A stretch of DNA of 64,000 bases from Chloroflexota bacterium (GTDB lineage: Bacteria; Chloroflexota; Chloroflexia; Chloroflexales; Herpetosiphonaceae): contig JAIUOC010000003.1 in assembly GCA_020161265.1 (NCBI GenBank), positions 363,024 through 427,023 on the forward strand, given 5' to 3'. A model generated the notes under the pieces. That model was given only the letters and a program-made list of their open reading frames with translations. It did no database searches and was not told where the DNA came from. This document shows, piece by piece, positions 47,089-55,689 of the stretch. The first letter of the stretch is position 1. The number at the start of each line of letters is the position of its first letter. Position numbers and translations under genes: made by a program.

Positions 47089-48450
47089 ATGCTACAAGAT
47101 CATGCAATTGTGATTGGAGCCAGTATCAGCGGCTTGATTACCGCTCATATGCTGAGCCACCATTATGGTCGAGTCAGTGTGCTCGAACGTGATAGCTTGC
47201 CCGAGGCTGGCGATTTTCGCGCGGGCGTGCCCCAAGGTCGCCATGTGCATTTGTTGCTGATTCGCGGCGCACGTGAGCTGGAAACGCTTTTTCCAGGCAT
47301 CAACCAAGAACTGCAAGCTCTTGGGGCACAAGCCGTCGATATGATCAACGATTGTCGCTATTACCTCAAAAATGGCTGGACAGTACCTCAGCCAACCGAA
47401 TTGAAAACGCTCTCGGCAACTCGCCCTTTGTTTGATTGGGCAATTCGGCGGCGCTTATTGCAAAACCCCAAGATTCAGTTTTTGGCCCAACACGATGCCC
47501 TGAATCTGATTGGCAATAGCCGTCATATTCAAGGGGTGCAGGTGCGCAATCGCCAAGATGGCAGCGAACAGAGCTTGCATGCTGATCTGGTTGTCGATGC
47601 CAGCGGGCGCAATTCCAAATTGGCGGAATGGTTGGGCGAGCTTGGTTGTGGCAAAGTTAGCGAAACTGTGCTTGATGCCAAACTTGGCTATACTTCGCGG
47701 CTCTATGCCAAGCCCGAAGGTTGGAAAGAATGGAAAGGCCTGTTTGTGATGCAACAGCCGCCGACCATTCCCAAAGGTGCGATTTTGCTCGAAGTTGAGG
47801 GCAATCGCTGGATTGTGACTGGCGGTGGGGTCAATCATGCCAAGCCACCAACCGATGAAGCTGGTTTTATGCAATGGCTGCGCGAATTGCCCTCGCCAAT
47901 TTTGGCCGATTTATTGAGTAAATCGCAGCCGCTTAGCCCAACCAGTGGCTATGGTCGTACCGAAAATCGCCAACGCCACTACGAGCGTATGCACCTGCCA
48001 GCCGGAGTAATTGCCTTGGGTGATGCCGTTTGTGCCTTTAATCCGGTGTATGGGCAAGGTATTAGCACCGCCACCTTGGGGGCAATCTTGCTTGGTACAC
48101 ATTTAAAAGAGCAAGATCGTGGCTCGGCAGCATGGGGCCAGCGGTTCCAACAAGCCTTAGCCAAGAACAATCAATTCCCTTGGGAAATGGCGAGCGGCGA
48201 GGATTCGCGTTATGATTCATCATTCAAACGCCCATTTTTCAGCAAGCTGATTGCGCCCTATTTTGATCAAATTAATCAGGCCAGTTTGAATAGCAACGTG
48301 GTGTTCACTCAATTTATTAAAACGATTCACCTGATCGACAATCCGAATGCATTGTTTCATCCACGGGTGTTTATCCCCGTGCTGCTGAGCAAAATTCGGC
48401 CTAAATATTCTGATGCAGTGCCAAACTTGCCTTTGCAGGTCAACGTATAG
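47089..48450 (+). CDS. class A FAD-dependent monooxygenase-like flavoprotein, paralog 2 of 3 (about 65% identical to paralog 1)
   Basis: Same three motifs (VIGASISGL; VVDASGRNSKL; LGDAVCAFNPVYGQGIS). Starts 2 nt after the paralog-1 stop. Confidence 0.75.
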   Translation: MLQDHAIVIGASISGLITAHMLSHHYGRVSVLERDSLPEAGDFRAGVPQGRHVHLLLIRGARELETLFPGINQELQALGAQAVDMINDCRYYLKNGWTVPQPTELKTLSATRPLFDWAIRRRLLQNPKIQFLAQHDALNLIGNSRHIQGVQVRNRQDGSEQSLHADLVVDASGRNSKLAEWLGELGCGKVSETVLDAKLGYTSRLYAKPEGWKEWKGLFVMQQPPTIPKGAILLEVEGNRWIVTGGGVNHAKPPTDEAGFMQWLRELPSPILADLLSKSQPLSPTSGYGRTENRQRHYERMHLPAGVIALGDAVCAFNPVYGQGISTATLGAILLGTHLKEQDRGSAAWGQRFQQALAKNNQFPWEMASGEDSRYDSSFKRPFFSKLIAPYFDQINQASLNSNVVFTQFIKTIHLIDNPNALFHPRVFIPVLLSKIRPKYSDAVPNLPLQVNV

Positions 48451-48524
48451 CATAGGCAACTGAATCAAGCCCTGCTATACTACTAGAATAGGCAGGAGTA
48501 CATTTCAGATTTGGGAGGTGTGCT

Positions 48525-49883
48525 ATGAGACGAGACCATGCGATTGTGATCGGGGCCAGCATCGGTGGATTATTGAGTGCCCGCGTGTTGAGTGATGTGT
48601 ATGCCAAAGTGACGATTTTGGAGCGCGATACGTTGCCCGATGGGGTGCAATTTCGGGCAGGCGTGCCGCAAGGTCGCCAATTGCACTTGCTGCTGATGCG
48701 CGGCTTGCTCGAATTAGAAAAACTGTTCCCCAAATTGCGCGAAGATATGAAGGCGCTTGGCGGCAACGAGCTGGATCTGATGAACGATTGCCGCTATTTA
48801 TTTGCGGCAGGCTGGGCCGAACCACGACCCTCGGATTATCGCAGCATCATCGCCACCCGCCCCTTGTTCGATGCAGCGATTCTTGGGCGGATTCGCCAAA
48901 TTCCCAATATTGAAATTCAAACTCGCCAAGAAGTGACGGATTTGCTCTTTCACGGGCGGCAAGTTGTCGGGGTCAAGCTGCGCAATCGTGATACTGGCGA
49001 GCAGCATGAACTTAACGCCAACTTGGTTGTCGATGCGGCTGGCCGCCCATCCAAGCTGCCCGAATGGCTAGAACAACATCAATTTGGGCGCGTCAAAGAG
49101 ACCATTTACAAATCGGATGTGGGTTATGCCACCAGAATGTACACCGCGCCAGCCGATTGGCAAGGCTGGCCAGCGATCTTTGTGATGCCGATGCCGCCGC
49201 ATATTCGCCATGGTGCAACCTTCCTTAAAGTTGAAAACGATCAATGGCTCTTGACGATTGGCGGAGTTGGCAGCCAGCGCCCACCAACCGATAGCGCTGA
49301 GTTTGAGGCTTGGCTGGCGCGGATGCGCACACCATTGATTGCTGAAATTACCCAGAAATTTACGCCTGCCAGCCAAGTGTATGGCTATGCCAAAACCGAA
49401 AATCGTTGGGTGCATTACGAACAACTACCCGTTATGCCCGCTGGCCTGATTGCTATTGCCGATAGCGTGTGTGCCTTGAATCCAATTTATGGCCAAGGCA
49501 TCACCAATACTGCCATGAGCACGCAGGTTTTGGCCAAGCATTTGCAACGCGAAGGCATTGGCAGCGCACCTTGGGCCTTGAGTTTCCAAAAAGCCTTGGC
49601 ACGCCGCAACAAAGCGGGCTGGCTCACCACCATCAGCGAAGATTCACGGCTGGCTGATACGCCAACCTATCGCCCAATCTTGCCGATTCGCGTGCTGCAA
49701 TGGTATAGCGATAAAGTGAATTTGGCGGCGGCGGGCAATCGGGCTGCTACCAACGCAATGGTTGGTGCGATTCATATGATTGGCTCAGCTGCGAGCTTAT
49801 TTACGCCCAAAGTATTGCTTGCCGCCTCGCGCTTTTTCCGTTCACAACCGCCAAGCAGTGTGCCAGCAGCACCCAATAAATAA
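48525..49883 (+). CDS. class A FAD-dependent monooxygenase-like flavoprotein, paralog 3 of 3 (more divergent)
   Basis: GGGAGG RBS. VIGASIGGL; VVDAAGRPSKL; IADSVCALNPIYGQGIT. Confidence 0.75.
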   Translation: MRRDHAIVIGASIGGLLSARVLSDVYAKVTILERDTLPDGVQFRAGVPQGRQLHLLLMRGLLELEKLFPKLREDMKALGGNELDLMNDCRYLFAAGWAEPRPSDYRSIIATRPLFDAAILGRIRQIPNIEIQTRQEVTDLLFHGRQVVGVKLRNRDTGEQHELNANLVVDAAGRPSKLPEWLEQHQFGRVKETIYKSDVGYATRMYTAPADWQGWPAIFVMPMPPHIRHGATFLKVENDQWLLTIGGVGSQRPPTDSAEFEAWLARMRTPLIAEITQKFTPASQVYGYAKTENRWVHYEQLPVMPAGLIAIADSVCALNPIYGQGITNTAMSTQVLAKHLQREGIGSAPWALSFQKALARRNKAGWLTTISEDSRLADTPTYRPILPIRVLQWYSDKVNLAAAGNRAATNAMVGAIHMIGSAASLFTPKVLLAASRFFRSQPPSSVPAAPNK

Positions 49884-49984
49884 TCTAGCTGCGCCTTGAT
49901 CACCGTTGATCGAGGCGCAGGCATATCGGCTGTGGCCTGAATCTTGCCTTAACCTAGGCATAGAATAGTGGTGTAACAGGAGGT

Positions 49985-50554
49985 ATGCAACCTATGAGTC
50001 ATCATCTCAATGGTAAACGGGTGGCGATTATCGCAACTCATGGCTTTGAACAGAGCGAGCTTGAAGAACCCAAAGCGGCCTTAGAGCAAGCCGGAGCCAA
50101 AACCCATGTTATTTCGCTCAAGGCTGGCACGATTCGTGGCTGGAAAGAGCAAGATTGGGGCAGTGAAGTTGCTGTCGATTATACGCTTGAGCAAGTTAAT
50201 CCTGCTGATTATGATGGGTTGTTGTTGCCTGGCGGCGTGATGAACCCCGATAAATTGCGGCGCGAAACCAGCGTTTTGAATTTTGTACGAGCCATGGCCG
50301 AAGCTGGCAAGCCAATTGCGGCAATTTGCCATGGCCCATGGACATTGATTGATGCTGGAATTGCCAAAGGCCGCATGCTCACATCGTACCCAACCTTGCA
50401 AAACGACCTGAAAAATGCGGGAGCCGAGTGGGTTGATCGCGAGGTCGTGGTCGATAATGGCCTGGTGACCAGCCGCAATCCCCAAGATATTCCCGCCTTC
50501 AATCGCAAATTTATTGAAGAATTAGGCGAAGGTTTACATAAACAAGTTGGCTAA
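49985..50554 (+). CDS. DJ-1/PfpI family protein (intracellular protease/deglycase type)
   Basis: Nucleophile elbow AAICHGP. LLPGG. 189 aa. Start possibly at 49994. Confidence 0.85.
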   Translation: MQPMSHHLNGKRVAIIATHGFEQSELEEPKAALEQAGAKTHVISLKAGTIRGWKEQDWGSEVAVDYTLEQVNPADYDGLLLPGGVMNPDKLRRETSVLNFVRAMAEAGKPIAAICHGPWTLIDAGIAKGRMLTSYPTLQNDLKNAGAEWVDREVVVDNGLVTSRNPQDIPAFNRKFIEELGEGLHKQVG

Positions 50555-50571
50555 TAACCTGCATAGTTAAC

Positions 50572-50615
50572 AATGGCCCCGTAGTTTAGGATAAGCTACG
50601 GGGCCATTTCATTTA
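50572..50615. terminator. bidirectional intrinsic terminator (AATGGCCCCGTAG ... CTACGGGGCCATT + TTCATTT)
   Basis: 13-bp perfect inverted repeat between the convergent DJ-1 and Nudix genes. Confidence 0.55.
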
Positions 50616-51080
50616 AGCAATCGTTGGAATTGGGTCGTTGCTCCAAATCGCCGCCATACGCTCACGGTGTGGATCGATCAGATCCATAGTATCAATTTCG
50701 GCTTGACTGAAATAGCCCACTTCGGTGGTTTCATTGCTTAATCCTAGTTCGCCGCTAATCAAGCGCACCTCAAAATTCATGCTAATGACATGATATTGAT
50801 TGCCATCGGCGTAGCGCACCATGCGATGTGGATTGCTATAGACTCCCAGCAAGCGTACAACTTGCACTGTCAGCCCAGTTTCCTCAAAAACCTCGCGAAC
50901 ACAGGCCTCGCTGACCGATTCGCCAGCATCGACCGCTCCGCCAGGCAAACACCAGCGCCCGTTATCGGTGCGGCGGGTCAATAAAAGCTTGCTGCGCGTC
51001 GCATCGAACAAGGTTGCCGAACAACCAAGCATCAAGCGGCCTTGGGCAGCGATGCGATCACCATACAAATATTGGGCCAT
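50613..51080 (-). CDS. NUDIX hydrolase
   Basis: Nudix box GGAVDAGESVSEACVREVFEETGL. Confidence 0.8.
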   Translation of the reverse strand: MAQYLYGDRIAAQGRLMLGCSATLFDATRSKLLLTRRTDNGRWCLPGGAVDAGESVSEACVREVFEETGLTVQVVRLLGVYSNPHRMVRYADGNQYHVISMNFEVRLISGELGLSNETTEVGYFSQAEIDTMDLIDPHRERMAAIWSNDPIPTIA

Positions 51081-51195
51081 CGTTCACTCCTCTAAGTTGC
51101 TAACAAACCTAGTGAGTATAGATCGCCGCTACGTTAAAAACAATCGCCCTACCCGTAGGCAGAGCGTTTGTTTGATACCGCAGGGTTATCGTTGA

Positions 51196-51699
51196 TTAAT
51201 GTTTGTAAGAATGTTTCATCCCACAACCATGCGATTTATGATTGCTAAAAAGGATGAGCAGCGCGATGCCCCACCACCAGCCAGTGATTGACAGAATTGG
51301 AATCCCAATCAACCATACTGCTGCTTGGCGTGATTGGCGCGATGCAAGCACCCCAAGGCCCATCATCATCAGATGCCAATCTTGAATTGCAACATTGCTA
51401 AACGCAAGCAAGCCGAGCACAAGCAAGCCAATCACGATCAAACCATCATTTGACGATTTGCGTGAGCGTTCACGCTGGACGATTGGCTGAGCAACCGGCA
51501 TTGGTGGCACAACTGGCTCAAGCTTGGGCGTAACCGGAATTGATTGCACAGCAGGCCCAGACTCACGGCGTAAATCTATTGTCTTGCCGAGGGCTGGCTG
51601 AACTGGCTTGCGCTGATTGGCGGTTTCAAGCCGAATACCACAATAGACACAAAATACCGCTGCTGTTTCGTTGTGACGGCCACATGCTGCACAATCCAT
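51196..51699 (-). CDS. zinc-ribbon domain membrane protein
   Basis: CAACGRH...CVYCG zinc ribbon, Pro-rich linker, two TM helices. Start MDCAAC. Confidence 0.5.
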   Translation of the reverse strand: MDCAACGRHNETAAVFCVYCGIRLETANQRKPVQPALGKTIDLRRESGPAVQSIPVTPKLEPVVPPMPVAQPIVQRERSRKSSNDGLIVIGLLVLGLLAFSNVAIQDWHLMMMGLGVLASRQSRQAAVWLIGIPILSITGWWWGIALLILFSNHKSHGCGMKHSYKH

Positions 51700-51812
51700 G
51701 ACCTTATGTTCCTTTCGCCTTGCCAAAAGAACTATGCAAGGCAATGCTTTCGATTGAATATCAATCCTTCTGGAACACAGTACGCAGCGTGGTTCAGCAA
51801 GGTTGCAAGCAA

Positions 51813-52214
51813 TTAAACAAATTCATATTCAATGGCAAATGGATAACCCTCGGCATGGCCGCTGATCGTCAGTTTGCCATGGCCGCGCAAACCAGCCAAC
51901 TCGCCAGTGGCCGAGCCAGCTACAACCTCAATCTGATCAAAAACATCAACCTGATTGGCAGTGCCGATATGTTGCAACACAAAACTACCAGTTTTACCCG
52001 CCAACGTACCAACGAAGCGCTGTAGGCCAACATAACTGGCATCGCCAACTTCAGGGTAGGCCATCAAATACTCAACTGTGCTTTCGCCAACTAGATCACC
52101 TTCATAGCGATAACGCACATGGGCGCGAGTCATTTTGCCTTCGCCTGCTTGCTCGTGAAAAGGCTTTTCATCCCATTCGAGAATGCTAAACGTGGCCTTC
52201 GCAGTAGTGCTCAT
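51813..52214 (-). CDS. DUF3224-like small protein (hypothetical)
   Basis: GGAGGA RBS 4 nt upstream of ATG. 133 aa, with FSILEWDEKPF...LVGESTVEYLMAY...GSFVLQHIG resembling DUF3224. Weak assignment. Confidence 0.4.
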   Translation of the reverse strand: MSTTAKATFSILEWDEKPFHEQAGEGKMTRAHVRYRYEGDLVGESTVEYLMAYPEVGDASYVGLQRFVGTLAGKTGSFVLQHIGTANQVDVFDQIEVVAGSATGELAGLRGHGKLTISGHAEGYPFAIEYEFV

Positions 52215-52284
52215 TCCATCCTCCAAATAAAACATCTGTGCTAATACTATAACCAAGCTTAAGCCAAATGTAAAGCAGGAACCA

Positions 52285-52470
52285 ACTTATGAGGGATGAA
52301 ATTTGGTATTTAACGTCGCGAAAATATGGATGAACATAATTCGTGAAATTCGTGGCTAATTGGAATATCAAAAGCCAAAAGCTTATAGTCATTCTTCGTG
52401 TCCTTCGTGGATCGAAAACGCCCAGTCCCCGACCTCCAATAACCGATCCCCAGTTAAACAACAACACGCC
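52285..52470. repeat. mosaic intergenic repeat R6
   Basis: tatgagggatgaaa; aaaagccaaaagcttatagtcattcttcgtgtccttcgtggatcg; cccagtccccgacctccaataaccgatcccc. Confidence 0.55.
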
Positions 52471-52493
52471 ATGAAACTTCATAGCGTGTGATT

Positions 52494-52584
52494 TGGCGGG
52501 TGGAGAGGGATTCGAACCCTCGAGAGCTTTGACACCCTACGGCATTTCCAGTGCCGCGCACTCGACCAACTATGCGACCCACCC
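52494..52584 (-). tRNA. tRNA-Ser (anticodon GGA), class II with an 18-nt variable arm, CCA encoded
   Basis: Reverse complement GGGTGGGTCGCATAGTTGGTCGAGTGCGCGGCACTGGAAATGCCG...GAGGGTTCGAATCCCTCTCCACCCGCCA. Acceptor, D, anticodon (CGGCA/CTGGAAA/TGCCG) and T arms all fold. T-loop TTCGAAT. Confidence 0.85.
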
Positions 52585-52613
52585 GTGCGCCGCGCATTAT
52601 ACCAAAGAATAGC

Positions 52614-52970
52614 TTAGCAGGCAACGCCGATGATTTGCTGAATCAGCCCTTGAATTTGATTGAGGGTAAAGGGTTTGGCTAGGAAGTAGGGTTGTTGATG
52701 TAAGGGGAATTGAGCACGCACATCATCTTCGCTATGTCCACTCATCAGTACAACTGGCACATTACTCAACCGTTGCATCTCGCGACATAAGGCCACCCCA
52801 GGCTCATCGGGCAACTCAAAATCCACCACCACTGCTTCCAACGTTCGCTCATGACAGATGGCACGCGCTGCCCTCACACTCTCAGCCTCGCAAGTTGCCA
52901 CGTCTATCCGTGCTAGGGCTGCTGCCACAAACGCACGAATAAACGGCGAATCATCGACAACTAAGACCAT
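52614..52970 (-). CDS. single-domain response regulator receiver protein
   Basis: VLVVDDSPFIR...VVVDFELPDEPG...LMSGHSEDD...AKP. Confidence 0.75.
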   Translation of the reverse strand: MVLVVDDSPFIRAFVAAALARIDVATCEAESVRAARAICHERTLEAVVVDFELPDEPGVALCREMQRLSNVPVVLMSGHSEDDVRAQFPLHQQPYFLAKPFTLNQIQGLIQQIIGVAC

Positions 52971-53049
52971 ACACAGGTTCTCCTACATGGAGTAGTATCC
53001 TTTGACTATAGTATACCGTAGTTTTCAACCACGCAAACAATCAGCAATT

Positions 53050-53285
53050 TAGCCACGAACTGAAATCACGAAGTATTCGAAGGGGTCAGGATTCAGGGAC
53101 GAGGGGGTCAGATTTGAATTAACAAACCCAATCAGCAATCCTGACTCCTGATCGCTGGCCCCTGGCCCCTAAATCCTCTCTGCGCCTCTGCGTTAAAATC
53201 CCAATCCCCGACAACCGATCCCCAACCCCTTTGTTCTATATTTTCATCCTTCATCCCTCATCCTTCATCCTTACCCAGATTGAGC
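53050..53285. repeat. mosaic intergenic repeat R7
   Basis: agccacgaactgaaatcacgaag; ggggtcaggattcagggacgagggggtcag; ctctctgcgcctctgcgtt; cccaatccccgacaaccgatccccaacccc; catccttcatccctcatccttcatcctta. Confidence 0.6.
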
Positions 53286-53320
53286 GTGGTACAATTCAAG
53301 GCGCGTCCTGAGGGCGTGTT

Positions 53321-54469
53321 TTGGCTCACCTGAGGTTGGAAATGAACGAAATTGAAACGCTCGATTTTGAAATTCGGGCTTTGATGAAGGCGGGTGTTCG
53401 CCCGATTGACCCCGATGACGATAGTTTGTTTAATGATTTAGCCTTGCGCACGTTTCGCTATCAATGGCAACATAATCTGGTGTATCAGCGCTATTGCGAA
53501 CGGCGGATGCTCAGCCCTGAGCGCGTAAAGCATTGGTCGGAGATTCCGGCTGTGCCAACCACGGCCTTCAAGCATCTGCCATTAACGACCTTCCCGCCTG
53601 AAGAAGCCCAGGCGATTTATCGCACCAGCGGTACAACTCAAGGCAGCGAACAACGCGGCACGCACTATATTCGCGATCGCTCGTTGTATGAAGCGTCGTT
53701 ACGGCCAAATTTAGCCTATCATCTGTTTCCCGATGCTAAACGCCTGCCAATCTATGTGCTTTTCTGGCATCCCAATGAGCTACCACAATCGTCGCTAGCG
53801 CATATGATCAGCGATGCGGTTGAGCAGCATGGCACAGCTGAAAGCCGCTATGTGTTTAGCGCAGCTGGTTTGGATTCAGCCAGCCTCGCCGAGTCGCTTG
53901 ATGCAGCGGTTGCCACCAATACTTCGGTGTGTTTGATGGGCGTAATGTATACCTTCGTCTATTTTTTAGATTGGTGCGCCGAGCATGGCAAGCGTTGGCA
54001 ATTGCCCAAAGGTAGCCGTTTGATGGATACGGGCGGCTCCAAAGGCAAAGTGCGCGAAATTGCCCGCAACGATCTTTATGCGCTCTACAGCGAAGTTTTG
54101 GGTATTCCATCGACCATGTGTGTCAATGAATATGGTATGACCGAGTTGGGCAGTCAATTCTACGATTGCTCGTTACACTCGGCCTACCTGCGCGAATGGC
54201 AACCACGCCATAAGGTGATTGTACCTTGGGTTCGCACCCAGATCGTCGATCCAACCACCTTTGCGCCATTGCCTGCTGGCCAAACTGGGCTATTACGCCA
54301 CCTTGATTTGGCCAATCTCTACTCGGTACTCGCTTTGCAAACCGAAGATTTAGGCGTGGTTGTGGCTGATGGGTTTGAGGTGCTTGGTCGGGCCAGCGGC
54401 GCAGAATTGCGCGGTTGTTCGCTGGCGGTTGAAGATGTTCTCGCCGCTCGCCGGAATGGCAACGGCTAA
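53321..54469 (+). CDS. LuxE/PaaK-like adenylate-forming acyl-protein synthetase family protein (putative)
   Basis: YRTSGTTQGS P-loop-like adenylation motif. N-terminal region with the FK motif typical of the LuxE family. About 375 aa. Start possibly at 53342. Confidence 0.45.
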   Translation: MAHLRLEMNEIETLDFEIRALMKAGVRPIDPDDDSLFNDLALRTFRYQWQHNLVYQRYCERRMLSPERVKHWSEIPAVPTTAFKHLPLTTFPPEEAQAIYRTSGTTQGSEQRGTHYIRDRSLYEASLRPNLAYHLFPDAKRLPIYVLFWHPNELPQSSLAHMISDAVEQHGTAESRYVFSAAGLDSASLAESLDAAVATNTSVCLMGVMYTFVYFLDWCAEHGKRWQLPKGSRLMDTGGSKGKVREIARNDLYALYSEVLGIPSTMCVNEYGMTELGSQFYDCSLHSAYLREWQPRHKVIVPWVRTQIVDPTTFAPLPAGQTGLLRHLDLANLYSVLALQTEDLGVVVADGFEVLGRASGAELRGCSLAVEDVLAARRNGNG

Positions 54470-54513
54470 TCTAGTGATAAGGAGCCAGTAGCCGCTTGGC
54501 TATAGACTCGCCT

Positions 54514-55689
54514 ATGAAACGCTCTCCACTTTTGACCATTTTTTTGATCGCGTTTGTTGGAACCATGAGCTATGGTGTGGTGATTCCGATCACGCCGTTT
54601 TATGCGCAGGAGTTTGGGGCTTCCGAGGTTCAGGTTGGCATGATTGTGGGCAGTTATGCCTTGATGCAATTTATCTTTGCCCCGATCCTTGGCCAATTAT
54701 CCGACCGCTATGGTCGCCGCCCACTGCTCATTTTAAGTTTGATTGGTACAGTCTGTAGTTTGTTGCTATTTGGCTTTGCCAATAGCCTGATTTGGCTGTT
54801 CGTCGGGCGCATGTTCGATGGCGCAACTGGCGGCAACATCTCGATTGCTCAAGCCTATGTTAGCGATATCACCACCGACAAAGATCGTGCTCGCGGCATG
54901 GGCATGGTTGGGGCGGCACTTGGCTTAGGCTTTATCGCTGGGCCAGCTATCGGCGCGTTGCTCAGCAAAGATGGCAATTATCAGTTGCCAATTTTTGTAG
55001 CCGCAGGCATTGCAGTGCTCAGCCTGATTTTAACGATTGTGGTGTTGCCTGAGCCAGAGCGCCATGCACCCCAACAAGGCCGTACTTTTAACCCAATGAA
55101 ACTGCTGGCGGCAGTTCGCAAGCCGAATGTTGGCCGTTTGCTCAGCATTACACTCTTGATCAACTTGGCGTTTGTGGCCTTTGAAACAACCTTTGCCTTG
55201 TTTGCGGCACGACGGTTGGAGTTTGGCTCGCATCAAACTGGCTATACTTTGGCCGGAGTTGGGATTGTGGTGGCGATTGTGCAAGGCGGCTTAATTCGGC
55301 GCTTGGCGGCGCGGTTTGGCGAAGCAACCCTGATTGTGTCAGGCTCGTTGCTGCTAGCACTTTCGTTGGCGGGCTTGGGTTTTATTCAGAATGTTTGGCA
55401 TTTGGTGGCAATTTGTATTGTGCTGGCAGTTGGTGAGGGCTTGCTCACGCCATCGCTTTCGTCGTTGGTCAGCCGCAATTCACCTGCCAGTGAGCGTGGC
55501 GAGAATATGGGCTTGTATCAGTCGATGAGCAGTTTGGCGCGGATTTTTGCCCCGCTCTATGCCACGTGGATGCTCTCGAATGTTGGCGAAGCCTCGCCCT
55601 ACCTGATGGGCAGCGTGTTGGTTGTGGCGGGCGCATTAATTGCCGTTGGTTTGTCTAGCGCCGAACCCCAAGCCCAGCCAGCACATTAG
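54514..55689 (+). CDS. MFS transporter (12 TM; drug:H+ antiporter-like)
   Basis: MFS motif A GQLSDRYGRRPLL. Twelve hydrophobic segments. Confidence 0.85.
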   Translation: MKRSPLLTIFLIAFVGTMSYGVVIPITPFYAQEFGASEVQVGMIVGSYALMQFIFAPILGQLSDRYGRRPLLILSLIGTVCSLLLFGFANSLIWLFVGRMFDGATGGNISIAQAYVSDITTDKDRARGMGMVGAALGLGFIAGPAIGALLSKDGNYQLPIFVAAGIAVLSLILTIVVLPEPERHAPQQGRTFNPMKLLAAVRKPNVGRLLSITLLINLAFVAFETTFALFAARRLEFGSHQTGYTLAGVGIVVAIVQGGLIRRLAARFGEATLIVSGSLLLALSLAGLGFIQNVWHLVAICIVLAVGEGLLTPSLSSLVSRNSPASERGENMGLYQSMSSLARIFAPLYATWMLSNVGEASPYLMGSVLVVAGALIAVGLSSAEPQAQPAH

